This document shows positions 20,106 through 29,649 of a DNA stretch of 64,000 nucleotides, piece after piece. The stretch spans positions 1,344,001-1,408,000 of the forward strand of contig CAVRVY010000001.1 of NCBI GenBank assembly GCA_963724765.1. The letters run 5' to 3'. A model generated the notes under the pieces. The model did no database searches and was not told where the DNA came from. It worked only from the letters and a program-made list of their open reading frames with translations. How positions within the stretch are numbered: position 1 is the stretch's first letter; every line of letters begins with the position of its first letter. Position numbers and translations under genes: made by a program. Source of the DNA: an uncultured delta proteobacterium. GTDB taxonomy: Bacteria > Desulfobacterota > Binatia > Binatales > Binataceae.

Positions 20106-21965
20106 CTAGCTCTCGTCGTTATCCGCGTCTGCGGTTTCGGTTATCGCGCGCGGCGCGGATGCGCTGCGGTGCGAGCACTCGAACATCCCGGCACCGACAA
20201 GATTTCCGACATGACCTCCGATACGAAAACTGGCGAATCCGAGCGAGGTCAGAATTCGACTTTGTGCGGGCCCCGGCCGCGAGAGCATCACGAAGCTCTG
20301 GACTTCGCCGTCGAGGCTGAGCGCTTGAGCGTCGCCGGCCGGCCGCAGTAGCGCGCTGATTCGATGCGGCGGGCGCCTGGGAGTTGCGGGCGTGAGTTCC
20401 AGCCGCTGGAGGCTCGCGTCGATCCATCGTCCGCGATCGAGGACGCGCGCGCTCGCGTTTTCGGCGCCGTCATCGCCGGTAAGCATTCGCGCCTCGACAA
20501 CGTGCCGAGACGCAGTGCCTGGAAAGGCGGCCCATATCATTCGCCGCTCTTTGAAAGTGCCGTTGCCGATCCCGATAAGCGAGCGACCCAGCCGGCCCAC
20601 GGCCTCAAGGCGATGTCTCGCTCCGGCTATCGAGAAGTGGCCGGTGACGCGGCCGAAAACGCCGTCGGCGGAGTGCTCCGCAGTGGTGATCAGTTCGATT
20701 AGCGTTTCGGTGCGCGATTTCAACGACGCGTGCGCCACCGGCCACACCTCGAACTCCGCGTGTAGCTCCATCGCTTCGTGCAGCGAGGCCTTTGCCAGCG
20801 CGCTCTCGACGCTCAGATACGCGGTGCCGTCTTCGACTACGACCGCCGGGCCTGTGAAATCGAAGCGTAGGCGCTCGCCCTCGATCCGCAATGCCAGCGG
20901 GCCAAGCGCCAGGCTTTGCGCCGTGCGTTCGACCCGTCCTTCGGCCGTGAAGAGCGCGATACGTTCGCGGCCCGTAACCGTCATCACGCGCGCACCCGCC
21001 GCGCCCGAGCCAAAATCGAAGCTCGCCATCGCACCCACCTGCGCCGACGAATCGTAAAACTCCAGTCCCACCCGAAGCGGCCCGGCGGAAGATTGCTGGG
21101 CACTGCGCCGGGGCGCTGATGAGGGCGGCTCGATGGTGCGGATGATCTCGATGCGGCTCGTGCGCTCGGTACGGCTTGTGCCGAACGCGTCGGCAGGCCG
21201 ATCGCATCGGGCGAACGATTCGGCGATCGCGGCGATGGTTTCGGTGCGGAAGCGGCCGGGCATCCGCAGCGCCACTGAAAGTTCGAGCTGCACCGCTTCC
21301 AGCGCGCCGCGCGCGTTGAGCGCGGCCAGGCGCTTGAGCGCGCCGACCGGGCTTGAAGCGTGACGTTGGGTGAACGCCTGGAGCAGATTGTTGGCGCCGG
21401 CGCCTGGATAGCGCAGGCCGAAGCTGGGCTTGATACCGCTGCGGCGGAGCGACTCGACGAAATCGAGCAGCGGCCCGTTGATAAAGCCGTCGCTGGCGGA
21501 GACGTGTGCGCCGCACGCCGGCAGCAGCGTCCCGCTGGCAGACTTGACGCCGACACCCAGGTCAACCCGGGGCTCGATGACGTTCCATCCGTGGATCACC
21601 AGCACCACCGCGCGTCCGCTGCGCGTCACGATTCGCTCCAGGCGCGCGGCAATAAGCTCGAGTATCCACGGCGCCTCGCTCATCACCTGGCTCAGGCGGT
21701 TGAGGTCGAGCCGGTTGCGATCCATCCCGGTATTGATGATCGCACCCGCGCCGAGGCGCCGCGCCAGCTCGCGCGTAATATCGGCAGTGTGCAGATCGTT
21801 GACCTTGGGATTGAGCGTCGCGCGCGTCGCCGGGCCGGCATGGCCGCCGTGAGGCGCGATCAGCAATACCGGCGCGTCGCCGTCGGGCCTCTGGAGCCAG
21901 CGCGCGCCTTTCGCCGCGGCGGCTTCGTCAAAGAGGCGCGACTTGGCCGTCGACCTTGCCATCAA
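20106..21965 (-). CDS. Hypothetical two-domain protein: N-terminal Zn-amidohydrolase-like region (N-formylglutamate amidohydrolase-like), C-terminal beta-rich region
   Basis: 619-aa ORF 6 nt downstream of the Pcs-like gene; LLIAPHGG, NDLHT, RNRLDLNR, VIHGWN, EAVQLEL. Fold assignment is inference. Confidence 0.6.
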   Translation of the reverse strand: MMARSTAKSRLFDEAAAAKGARWLQRPDGDAPVLLIAPHGGHAGPATRATLNPKVNDLHTADITRELARRLGAGAIINTGMDRNRLDLNRLSQVMSEAPWILELIAARLERIVTRSGRAVVLVIHGWNVIEPRVDLGVGVKSASGTLLPACGAHVSASDGFINGPLLDFVESLRRSGIKPSFGLRYPGAGANNLLQAFTQRHASSPVGALKRLAALNARGALEAVQLELSVALRMPGRFRTETIAAIAESFARCDRPADAFGTSRTERTSRIEIIRTIEPPSSAPRRSAQQSSAGPLRVGLEFYDSSAQVGAMASFDFGSGAAGARVMTVTGRERIALFTAEGRVERTAQSLALGPLALRIEGERLRFDFTGPAVVVEDGTAYLSVESALAKASLHEAMELHAEFEVWPVAHASLKSRTETLIELITTAEHSADGVFGRVTGHFSIAGARHRLEAVGRLGRSLIGIGNGTFKERRMIWAAFPGTASRHVVEARMLTGDDGAENASARVLDRGRWIDASLQRLELTPATPRRPPHRISALLRPAGDAQALSLDGEVQSFVMLSRPGPAQSRILTSLGFASFRIGGHVGNLVGAGMFECSHRSASAPRAITETADADNDES

Positions 21966-21971
21966 CCTTCA

Positions 21972-22685
21972 TCATGCACCGCGCCGATAACGCCTGAGTT
22001 TCATCGCCGCGCGCGCGTGCAGGATAAACGAGGCGGCGAAGTAATAAGCGATGAACGACAGCGAGGCATAGAGCAGTAACGGGTTATGTCCGGGTAACGC
22101 GGGCAACATTGCGAGCGTGATTATCGCCCAGGCGATCGCAAGCGTGAGTGTCAGCGCGCGCAGCGGCCCGGTGCGATTGGGATAGATGTACTTAATCGGC
22201 ACGAACACCATCAGTGCGAATATCGCGACGATGATCGTGCCGGCGAGCGCTCCGAGTTCGAGACAATAGAGATAAAACGCGACCAGGTTCCAGTACGACG
22301 GGAAGCCGCGGAAGTAGTGATCGTCGGTCTTGGCTTCGATGTGGCAAAATCCGTAGCCGCTCGCAACCATCACGAAGCCGCCGACGATGTAACCGCCGAG
22401 GCCGGGCTCTAAAATTCCCGCACGCAGCATCAGGAAGACCGGCGCGAGCACGTAGGTCAGATAGTCGACGACATTGTCGAGCAAGGCGCCGTCGAAGTGG
22501 GGGATGCGCCGGCGCACCTCGAGCAGGCGGGCGAGCGGGCCGTCGCTGGAGTCGATTGCGGTCGCAACCGCCATCGCGATGAAGCTCGCGCGAAAATCGC
22601 CGCGCGCGGCGTAATCGATAGAGAGCAGGCCGGCTACAGCGCCGAGCGCGGTGTACAGGTGAACGCCCCAGGCGCAAAGCCGCAG
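21972..22685 (-). CDS. pcs: Phosphatidylcholine synthase-like CDP-alcohol phosphatidyltransferase (start uncertain)
   Basis: Frame is open upstream of 22574 and encodes AWGVHLYTALGAVAG. Then IDSSDGPLAR, FDGALLDNVVDYLTYV, KTDDHYFRGFPSYWN, FVPIKYIYP, matching Pcs-type motifs. Confidence 0.8.
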   Translation of the reverse strand: MRLCAWGVHLYTALGAVAGLLSIDYAARGDFRASFIAMAVATAIDSSDGPLARLLEVRRRIPHFDGALLDNVVDYLTYVLAPVFLMLRAGILEPGLGGYIVGGFVMVASGYGFCHIEAKTDDHYFRGFPSYWNLVAFYLYCLELGALAGTIIVAIFALMVFVPIKYIYPNRTGPLRALTLTLAIAWAIITLAMLPALPGHNPLLLYASLSFIAYYFAASFILHARAAMKLRRYRRGA

Positions 22686-22737
22686 CCAGCGCTCGCGCGC
22701 AAGGGCGGCGGCGTCGCGGCCCGCCCGCGCAACCGGC

Positions 22738-23271
22738 TCACTTGCCGGGCTTGTGATGGCGCGGTCCGAAGTAGTCCTCCAAAATCGTCATGAACGGGCC
22801 GCAGGTGCGGCGCCCCTTGACGTGCGCGCAGGCCTCGTCGAGCGACATTTCGCCGTGCGCGCGCAAGTAAGCGATCGCGAGTGTCGGCGCGCGATTGAGA
22901 CCGGCGTTGCAATGCAGGTAAACGCGCTCGCCGGCGCTGATGAGGCTTGCCAGCGCGGCGAGCGTATCGGCGAGCCGCTCGGCCATCGCGTCCGCGCTGC
23001 CATCCTGGATCTGCGTGCGAACGAATTTGATTCCGCTTAAGCGGCAGGCCTCGGCGAGCTCACGTTCGCCGAGTCCATTGAGCGCCAGATCCTCGTCATC
23101 CTGAAGATTGTGAATGGCGGTGACACCGAACTCCGATTTGAGCCAGGCGATGTCGTCCGGGCGGGGAAATTCGCCGACCAGGAGTCCCGGAAAAATTTCT
23201 GTCACCGACGGACGGCCGCGATTGTGCGCCACGTGGCTCTGATGATCGGGTCGTTTGCTGAACCAGTCCAT
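22738..23271 (-). CDS. Dual-specificity phosphatase family protein (CX5R)
   Basis: VYLHCNAGLNRAPTLAIAYL; TEIFPGLLVG; general-acid loop IQDG. Confidence 0.9.
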   Translation of the reverse strand: MDWFSKRPDHQSHVAHNRGRPSVTEIFPGLLVGEFPRPDDIAWLKSEFGVTAIHNLQDDEDLALNGLGERELAEACRLSGIKFVRTQIQDGSADAMAERLADTLAALASLISAGERVYLHCNAGLNRAPTLAIAYLRAHGEMSLDEACAHVKGRRTCGPFMTILEDYFGPRHHKPGK

Positions 23272-23391
23272 CTTTTGTGAAGTGTGCGATCGCGACAGCC
23301 CGCTCCTGCGCGCCGCTAATTTTCATTTTAGCTCATCAGCCTGAGGCTCTAAACCTGGGAATCGCGGCGCTCGGTCAACCCCTTTGACTCC

Positions 23392-23476
23392 TTCCGTCGT
23401 CCTGAGCGAAGGCTGCCGGAGCGAAGGATCTCGCGCGGTCTTCCGCGCGTAATCCGCTACCTTCAGGATGACGGAA
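23392..23476. repeat. REP-like palindromic element (GTCRTCCTGAGCGAAG...GAAGGATCT...TCAGGATGAC type)
   Basis: TTCCGTCGTCCTGA (23392-23405) pairs with TCAGGATGACGGAA (23463-23476) with one G-T mismatch; GAGCGAAGG occurs twice internally. Confidence 0.65.
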
Positions 23477-23600
23477 CACGGCTTGTGCTGAACGCTTGTA
23501 TATCAATCTATAACTCAGCCCACTCGTGTCGCTCAGGTGCCAGGGTGGCCGGCGAGCAAACCCTGACGCCGGTGGCCTAGAGCGTCAGCGCATGCTGCGC

Positions 23601-26600
23601 TCAGCCCTTGGCGCGACGGCCGCCGCGCGCCGACGCGCGGCGCGGCCGATTCGCGGTGCGCGGCTCGTCGCCCGCCTCTCCAGCCGGCTGAGCGGTTTCC
23701 GCTGGGGCCACTGCGGTGCCGCCATCGTCGCTGTGCGCGCTATGCGCGCGCATGGAGCGCTTGGCCGCGCTGGACAGCGGCAGTCTCTCGCCCAGCGCCA
23801 GCACCGCCGCACGCATCGCGTCGGCGAGCTTGCGATAGGCGCCGGTGCCCTCGGCGTTGTCGGCGAGCGCGCGCAACTCGGCGTTGGTTATCACGCGGCC
23901 AATTCGGACTTCGACCGGGCGGCGATGCGGGATGATGCTGCCTTTGCCGAGAACCTCGTAAGTGCCGCTGATACGTACCGGCAGCACGTCGCATCCGCCG
24001 CGCAGCGCCAGGTAACCCGCGCCGCTTTTGAATTCGTGGATCGCGCCGTCGGGTGAGCGCGTGCCCTCGGGAAACATCAGGACGCTGCGCCCGGCATCAA
24101 GCTCGTCGATCGCGTCGTCGAGCGAGTCAAGCTGCGCGCGCTCGCGGTCGAACGGAATCAGGCGGGTGAAGTTGCTGACCACGAAGCGGCGCGCGTTGGT
24201 ATTGAAGAAATAATCCTTGGCGGCGAGCACGACCAGCTCGCGGCCCGGCGCGCCCAGCGCGTAGCTGGTGAGCGCGAAGTCGAGATGGCTCGCGTGATTG
24301 GCGACCACCAGGAAGTTGCGATTCGCCGGCACGTTGCCGCGGCCCAGCACGCGCGGCTGGAGCCAACCGTCAAACGCCATCCGCTGCGCCCCGCGAAACG
24401 CCGCTTCGCCCAGGCGCTTGAGCGCCCCCGGCAAGATCGGCGTGAACGGCTCGGCGAAGCGCGCGTATGACGGCAGCCGCGGGCGGTTCTGTCCCTGGCC
24501 CACGGCGCGTTGCAGATCGTCGACGGTGCGAAGGTCGCCTAGCTCCTCGGGGCTCAGCTCGCGCTCGGCGTGAGCCGCGATATGCTCGGCCAGTTCGGCC
24601 ATCGCCAGCGAGTCGAGTCCGAGGTCTTCGATAAGCCGGGTCGCGGGCGTGATGCTCTCGATGCCGCTGGAGACCTGGGCGAGCGCCTGGGCTAGCCACG
24701 GCTCGACCTCGGAGCTGACCGCCGCACGCTCCTGGGCGTGGCTCTCGAGCATCCGCGCGAGGATCCCGACGACTTCGAGGCGCTTGACCTTGCGCGTGCG
24801 GGTCCGCGGCAGCTCGGTGTCGGTGAAACGCAGGATGCGGATGCGTTTGTGCGGGCTGAGTCCCGCGCCCACCTTTTCGAAATGCGTACGCAGGTTGTCT
24901 TCCACGGCGCGACGGCTTTCACCGCGTGCGTAAGCCGGTACCACCAGCGCCGCGGCCTGCTCGCCCAGGGCAACCTTAAGCCCGACGATCGCAATCTCCT
25001 TGATATACGACGAGTGTCCGTAAACTTCTTCGAGTTCGTCGATATAAATATTGTTGCCGCCGGAGTCGACGATCACGTCCTTGGCGCGGCCAACGATGTA
25101 GAGCCGTCCGTCTTCGTCGAGGCGGCCGAGGTCTCCGGTGCGGAGCCACCCTTCGTGCAACACCTCGTCGGTGGCGGCTTTGTTGTGGTAGTAACCCGCC
25201 ATCACGTTCGGCCCGCGCGCCAGGATTTCGCCCACTGTGCCGTCGCCGCTGGAGGCGAGCTTGATTTCGACGCCATTGAGCGGCTTGCCGACCGACCCGG
25301 CGGCCATCGGTTCGTCCGGGCGCGCGACGCTCAGCACTGGCGCGGCCTCGGTCAGGCCGTAACCCTCGAGTAGCCGTATCCCGATGTCGTTGAAGAAGCT
25401 GGCTACGCGTTGCGGCAGCGCCGCGCCGCCGCTCACCGCGAGCCGCAGCCGCCCGCCAAGCGCGGTATGGGCCTGGCGGAAGAGCATCGCGCCGGCATTG
25501 AGACCCCATTCGCTGTCGAACCTGCGGTTGAGATCGCGCAGGCGATCGAACAACGCGTGGAGGAAGGGCCCTTGCGCCTCGACCCCGTCGACGATGCGGC
25601 GATGCACCGCCTCCCACAGCGCGGGCACGCCGACCACCGCGGTCGGCCGCACGTCGGCCAGCGTGCGCGCGAGGCTCGCGGCGTCCACGCCGAGCGGATA
25701 GACCACGGTCGCGCCGAGCGCGAGCGGCAACAGCATCCCGCACGTGAACTCGAAGGTGTGATGGAGCGGGAGCAGTGAGAGCACCACGTCGGAGGAATCG
25801 AGCGCAAAGACCCGCGCGAGCATCGCTACTTCGGCGGCGAAATTCCCATGCGTGAGCATCACGCCCTTGGGCGCGCCGGTGGTGCCGGAGGTAAAAACGA
25901 TGGAGGCGAGGGTCTTGCGCTCGGCGGCGGGCCGCGGGTCGGGCCGCCCTTTGAGCACGAAGGGACGGCTCAGCTCGGCGAACTCGAACTCGACGATCTC
26001 GCTGTTCAGCTCAGCCAGTGCGCCGCCCAGCCGCTTGGCGACGGCCGCCGAGCATAGCGCCGCAGCGGGCGTAGCGATGCGGCAGATGGGCGCCAGCTCT
26101 TCGGGCGAAATCAGATGGTCCAGCGGTACGGCGACCGCACCGGCGGCGAGAATCGAAAAATATGCGAGCACCCACTCGGGCGAGTTCTCGCCGATGAGCA
26201 GCACGCGGTCGCCCGTCTTGACCCCGCGCATCCCGAGCAACAGGCCGGCGCGATGCGCACCGTCGCGCAGCTCGCGGAAGGTGGACGTGATGCGCTCGCC
26301 CGAGGGTTGCCGCGCAACCAGCGCGGGCCGCGAGCCGTAGCGCTCAGCCGCGCGGTCCAGCATTTCGGCCAGGGTGCGATGGCGCGCCGGAGCGCTGGGG
26401 CGGCCGCGGGTATGCAGATCGAGCGAGCCGAAGATGTGCCGGCGCAGTCCCGGCAGATGCACGTTGATCCAGTAGTCCGCCCAATCGATTCGTTCGGGCG
26501 CGTAGGGATGATGCTCGGCGTCGGCACTCGCGAGCGATTTGTAGAGCGCGCGGATGTTGGTGCCGTGGAAGGTGTAGACGAGTTCCTGGATGTATGGGCG

Positions 26601-28019
26601 ATAGACCTCAACCAGCTCGCGCGCCATTGCGGTGTTGGCGCCAAACTTGTCGACGCTCTGCGCGAACTTTTTCGCGCGCTCGGAGTCCTCGCCAAGCAGC
26701 GTGCGCGCGGCGCCGGCGCCCTGCTTGAGCAACTCGGGCAGCGTCTGGCTCGCGAGCTCGTAAGTGCTCTGCGAGACGACCACCGCCTCCAGGTGCGGTG
26801 CAAAGCGGCCCATGGGACCGCCCACGCGGCGATGCTCGCGACGGTTGCTGAGCCCGGTCAGCTCGACCAGCCGGCGCATCGGCAACGGATTCACGTCGGA
26901 CGTGCAGAGCTGGTAGATGGGTTTGTGGCGTCCGGCGAGCAGTGCCGCGAGAATCGGGATCATCGCGTGCGCTGCAAGGTCGACCGGAATGACGTCGAGC
27001 ACCAGCTCGCCCTTGGCCGGGTACAGGCGATAACCGCGGCCGGAAAGATAAGTCAACGGAGCGCTGGTGTTGACGCCCTGGTTCCATCCGGGGAACGGGT
27101 CGCGGAGCGCGCTTTCGATGATCGAGGGGCGCGCCACCGTGGCGGCAATCGTGTCCTGCGCCGCGAACACCAGTTGCTCGCCGAGGCTCTTGCTGTAGCT
27201 GTAGGTGTTGGGCCATCCCCAGCGCCGCGCGCGCTCCAGGCCAATCTCCTTGAGCCGTTCTTCGACCCAGCGCTTGCGCCAGCGCTCGGCCGCCGCTTCG
27301 TGGACGTCGCCGCCGTCGGCGTCCGCATTGACCACGTGCAGCTCGTCGGCCTGGCGCGCCTGGTCGTGGGATTCCGCTTCCACGCGGGCGACCGCGGCGA
27401 GCGCGTCGCGGATTTCGCGCCGCAGCGTGAAATTGCGCCGGCCGTTGGGACACCAGTCGGTCGGTATGTCGTCCTCGAAACGATGGCCGTCCGCGTTGCC
27501 CGCGGCGTAGCAGGTCGAAACATGGAGCAGCGCGGCGCCGCGCTTGCGGCAGAACTCGATCACGTTGGCAACGCCGGTGGTGTTGACCGACAGCGACTTC
27601 TCCAGCGAGGCCTCGAAGTTGACCAGTCCCGCGCAATGCACCACCGCGTCGATCGCGCCGCGGCCCGGCGCCTCGCCCTCGGAGACCAGGTCGTCCTCGG
27701 TGATGTCGCCGCAGAGCACGGAAAGCTTTTCCTCGACGTAGCGGTCGAAGCGGTCGCCAAGGTGTTCGCGCAAAGGACCGAACACGGGCGAGTCGAGAAT
27801 TTCGCGGCGCAAGCGGCTGAGCGCGAGGCGGCGGTCGCCGCGGATGAGCAGGTAGATGCGCTCGATCTCGGGATGCCAGCGCAGGAGCAGCGAGAGGAAG
27901 ACCTTGCCGAGAAAGCCGGTCGCGCCGGTCAGCAGGATGCGGCGGTGGCGCAGCGTCTGTTCGAGCGGCGCCATCGCGGTGCGCGCGGCGCTGCCGTTAG
28001 TTCCATTGCTATTCGACAT
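23601..28019 (-). CDS. elbD: ElbD-like multidomain lipid enzyme: fatty acyl reductase, acyl-CoA synthetase, acyl carrier, PlsC acyltransferase
   Basis: 1472 aa. TGATGFLGK and NTYSYSK (FAR/NAD_binding_4); FTSGTTGAPKG, EGYGLTE, TGDLG (AMP-binding); DLGLDSL (phosphopantetheine site); NHASHLD and FPEGTRS (PlsC). Domain order matches Myxococcus ElbD. Confidence 0.85.
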   Translation of the reverse strand: MSNSNGTNGSAARTAMAPLEQTLRHRRILLTGATGFLGKVFLSLLLRWHPEIERIYLLIRGDRRLALSRLRREILDSPVFGPLREHLGDRFDRYVEEKLSVLCGDITEDDLVSEGEAPGRGAIDAVVHCAGLVNFEASLEKSLSVNTTGVANVIEFCRKRGAALLHVSTCYAAGNADGHRFEDDIPTDWCPNGRRNFTLRREIRDALAAVARVEAESHDQARQADELHVVNADADGGDVHEAAAERWRKRWVEERLKEIGLERARRWGWPNTYSYSKSLGEQLVFAAQDTIAATVARPSIIESALRDPFPGWNQGVNTSAPLTYLSGRGYRLYPAKGELVLDVIPVDLAAHAMIPILAALLAGRHKPIYQLCTSDVNPLPMRRLVELTGLSNRREHRRVGGPMGRFAPHLEAVVVSQSTYELASQTLPELLKQGAGAARTLLGEDSERAKKFAQSVDKFGANTAMARELVEVYRPYIQELVYTFHGTNIRALYKSLASADAEHHPYAPERIDWADYWINVHLPGLRRHIFGSLDLHTRGRPSAPARHRTLAEMLDRAAERYGSRPALVARQPSGERITSTFRELRDGAHRAGLLLGMRGVKTGDRVLLIGENSPEWVLAYFSILAAGAVAVPLDHLISPEELAPICRIATPAAALCSAAVAKRLGGALAELNSEIVEFEFAELSRPFVLKGRPDPRPAAERKTLASIVFTSGTTGAPKGVMLTHGNFAAEVAMLARVFALDSSDVVLSLLPLHHTFEFTCGMLLPLALGATVVYPLGVDAASLARTLADVRPTAVVGVPALWEAVHRRIVDGVEAQGPFLHALFDRLRDLNRRFDSEWGLNAGAMLFRQAHTALGGRLRLAVSGGAALPQRVASFFNDIGIRLLEGYGLTEAAPVLSVARPDEPMAAGSVGKPLNGVEIKLASSGDGTVGEILARGPNVMAGYYHNKAATDEVLHEGWLRTGDLGRLDEDGRLYIVGRAKDVIVDSGGNNIYIDELEEVYGHSSYIKEIAIVGLKVALGEQAAALVVPAYARGESRRAVEDNLRTHFEKVGAGLSPHKRIRILRFTDTELPRTRTRKVKRLEVVGILARMLESHAQERAAVSSEVEPWLAQALAQVSSGIESITPATRLIEDLGLDSLAMAELAEHIAAHAERELSPEELGDLRTVDDLQRAVGQGQNRPRLPSYARFAEPFTPILPGALKRLGEAAFRGAQRMAFDGWLQPRVLGRGNVPANRNFLVVANHASHLDFALTSYALGAPGRELVVLAAKDYFFNTNARRFVVSNFTRLIPFDRERAQLDSLDDAIDELDAGRSVLMFPEGTRSPDGAIHEFKSGAGYLALRGGCDVLPVRISGTYEVLGKGSIIPHRRPVEVRIGRVITNAELRALADNAEGTGAYRKLADAMRAAVLALGERLPLSSAAKRSMRAHSAHSDDGGTAVAPAETAQPAGEAGDEPRTANRPRRASARGGRRAKG

Positions 28020-29649
28020 CAGCGATCACCAGCGGCGGTAAGTGGAGATAGGTGATACTGGCCGAGCGCCCCAGATCCGACGTCGCCATCGCGATCGCCT
28101 CGTCCAGCGTGTCGGCCGACTCCCATCCCATACGCGTTGCGACTTCCGGCTCCTCGCATCCTGCGGCGATTACCCGTCCTACGTGCTGGCGAGCCGGCTC
28201 GCCCCAGTACCACATGTAGAACGGATGCACGCCGTGATAGGCATGGCCGTAGCGATACATGTGAACGTAGGTCGGGTTGCGTGCGAACTCGGCTTCGAAG
28301 TTGCGCTCCAGCTCGGTGGCCTCGGTGGTCTCGCGCAGGCAGCGATGGAAGAACTCGATGTAACTCGGATGATGCTCGGGGTGAAACTGATCGCGCAACG
28401 GATGACAGATGATCACGGTACCGCCTTCGCGTACCAGCGGCTTGCCGCGGAACATGTTGAACAGGTAGCCAAGACCCGTGCACTGCACCAGCACCGGGTT
28501 CATCACCGAGTTGACGTTGTAGGGGCAGACGTAGGGAACGCCTACGATCAGCACGTCGGACTGGCCCTTGACCGGCACCGCGTATTGCTGGAACACGCGG
28601 GCCAGCGCCTTGCGATGCACCGCGTCGGTCTCGCCCGCCCACACGCCGGTCATCGAATAGGGCGCGGCGTATTGATTGAGCACCTGGCGGCGCAGTGAAT
28701 CCGACATGTTGCCGAGCGTCCAGCGAAAGCCCTTCAACCGCATCCGATCCCAATCCGAGAAGCGGTCCTCGTTCTTCTGCAGAAAATCGAGCATCCCGCC
28801 GTACATCTGGTTGTTGATCGCGGTCTCGATGGTGAAGACATTGACGTGCTCGTTGACCAGGCGGCCCATCCGGTTGGCCGAGTGATGCAGCGCCGATCGC
28901 GTCGGGTCCATGTAGGAATTGCACTGGCGCAGCGTGGCCGGGTTGTGATGGTGGCGCAGGCTCTGGTAGGGCGCGAGGCCGACCGCGACGGATTTGTGGC
29001 CGCCGTCCATCGGGACCAGGTTGATGTTGAGATAGAGCAGCAGGTCGGACTCGGCCGCGCGGCGTGAGAGCCATACCTCCTCGCCATGATCGGTCTTGCC
29101 CAGCATCGCCAGCTCGGCGCGATTCTCGGCGTCGAAGTTATACAGCCGTTCGGGCCAGAACTCCTTGAACGCGCGCTCGCCCACCATGCGGCGAATCTCG
29201 GCCTCGGTCATGCGCCGATGGAGCGAGGTTGCGACGATCAGATGGACATCGTCGACGCCGTAGTCGGCGAGCGTCTGGAGTACGATGTTGAGCGCGCGCT
29301 CGCGGATATCGGGCCGGCGCATCTGCGGCAGCGGCAGGCTGATGTCGTCGATCGCGATCGTGACGCGCATGTTGGGATTGAGCTGCGCGAACAGCGGATC
29401 GGCGTTTTCAGGACGTAACAGCGCGTAGCGGATCGCGGCATCAGGATTGGCCAGCGGCTCCAGCGGCGGCGGGGGATAGATCACTCGCGTGCCGGCGGGC
29501 AGCTTCTCGTACCAGAAGTCGTCGCCATAGGCGATGAGCCGCGGCGCCGAGCGCCGGTTGAGCGTCACCACCAGGTCTCGGCGCGCGCCGGGCTCGTGCC
29601 GGAGTTCGGCGGTCTTCAGCTCTTTGAGCTTACCTTCCGGTCGCGCCAT
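28009..29649 (-). CDS. Lactate racemase (LarA/DUF2088)-domain protein
   Basis: VTIAIDDISLP, IVATSLHRRMTEAEI, GKTDHGEEVWLSRRAAESDLL, DGGHKS, LVREGGTVI. Overlaps both neighbours. Confidence 0.8.
   Translation of the reverse strand: MARPEGKLKELKTAELRHEPGARRDLVVTLNRRSAPRLIAYGDDFWYEKLPAGTRVIYPPPPLEPLANPDAAIRYALLRPENADPLFAQLNPNMRVTIAIDDISLPLPQMRRPDIRERALNIVLQTLADYGVDDVHLIVATSLHRRMTEAEIRRMVGERAFKEFWPERLYNFDAENRAELAMLGKTDHGEEVWLSRRAAESDLLLYLNINLVPMDGGHKSVAVGLAPYQSLRHHHNPATLRQCNSYMDPTRSALHHSANRMGRLVNEHVNVFTIETAINNQMYGGMLDFLQKNEDRFSDWDRMRLKGFRWTLGNMSDSLRRQVLNQYAAPYSMTGVWAGETDAVHRKALARVFQQYAVPVKGQSDVLIVGVPYVCPYNVNSVMNPVLVQCTGLGYLFNMFRGKPLVREGGTVIICHPLRDQFHPEHHPSYIEFFHRCLRETTEATELERNFEAEFARNPTYVHMYRYGHAYHGVHPFYMWYWGEPARQHVGRVIAAGCEEPEVATRMGWESADTLDEAIAMATSDLGRSASITYLHLPPLVIADVE

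Noticed and set aside
26115-28055. Long plus-strand ORF (646 aa) and similar antisense ORFs such as 61360..63066
   Set aside because: Typical high-GC antisense shadows of well-supported genes; no motifs of their own.
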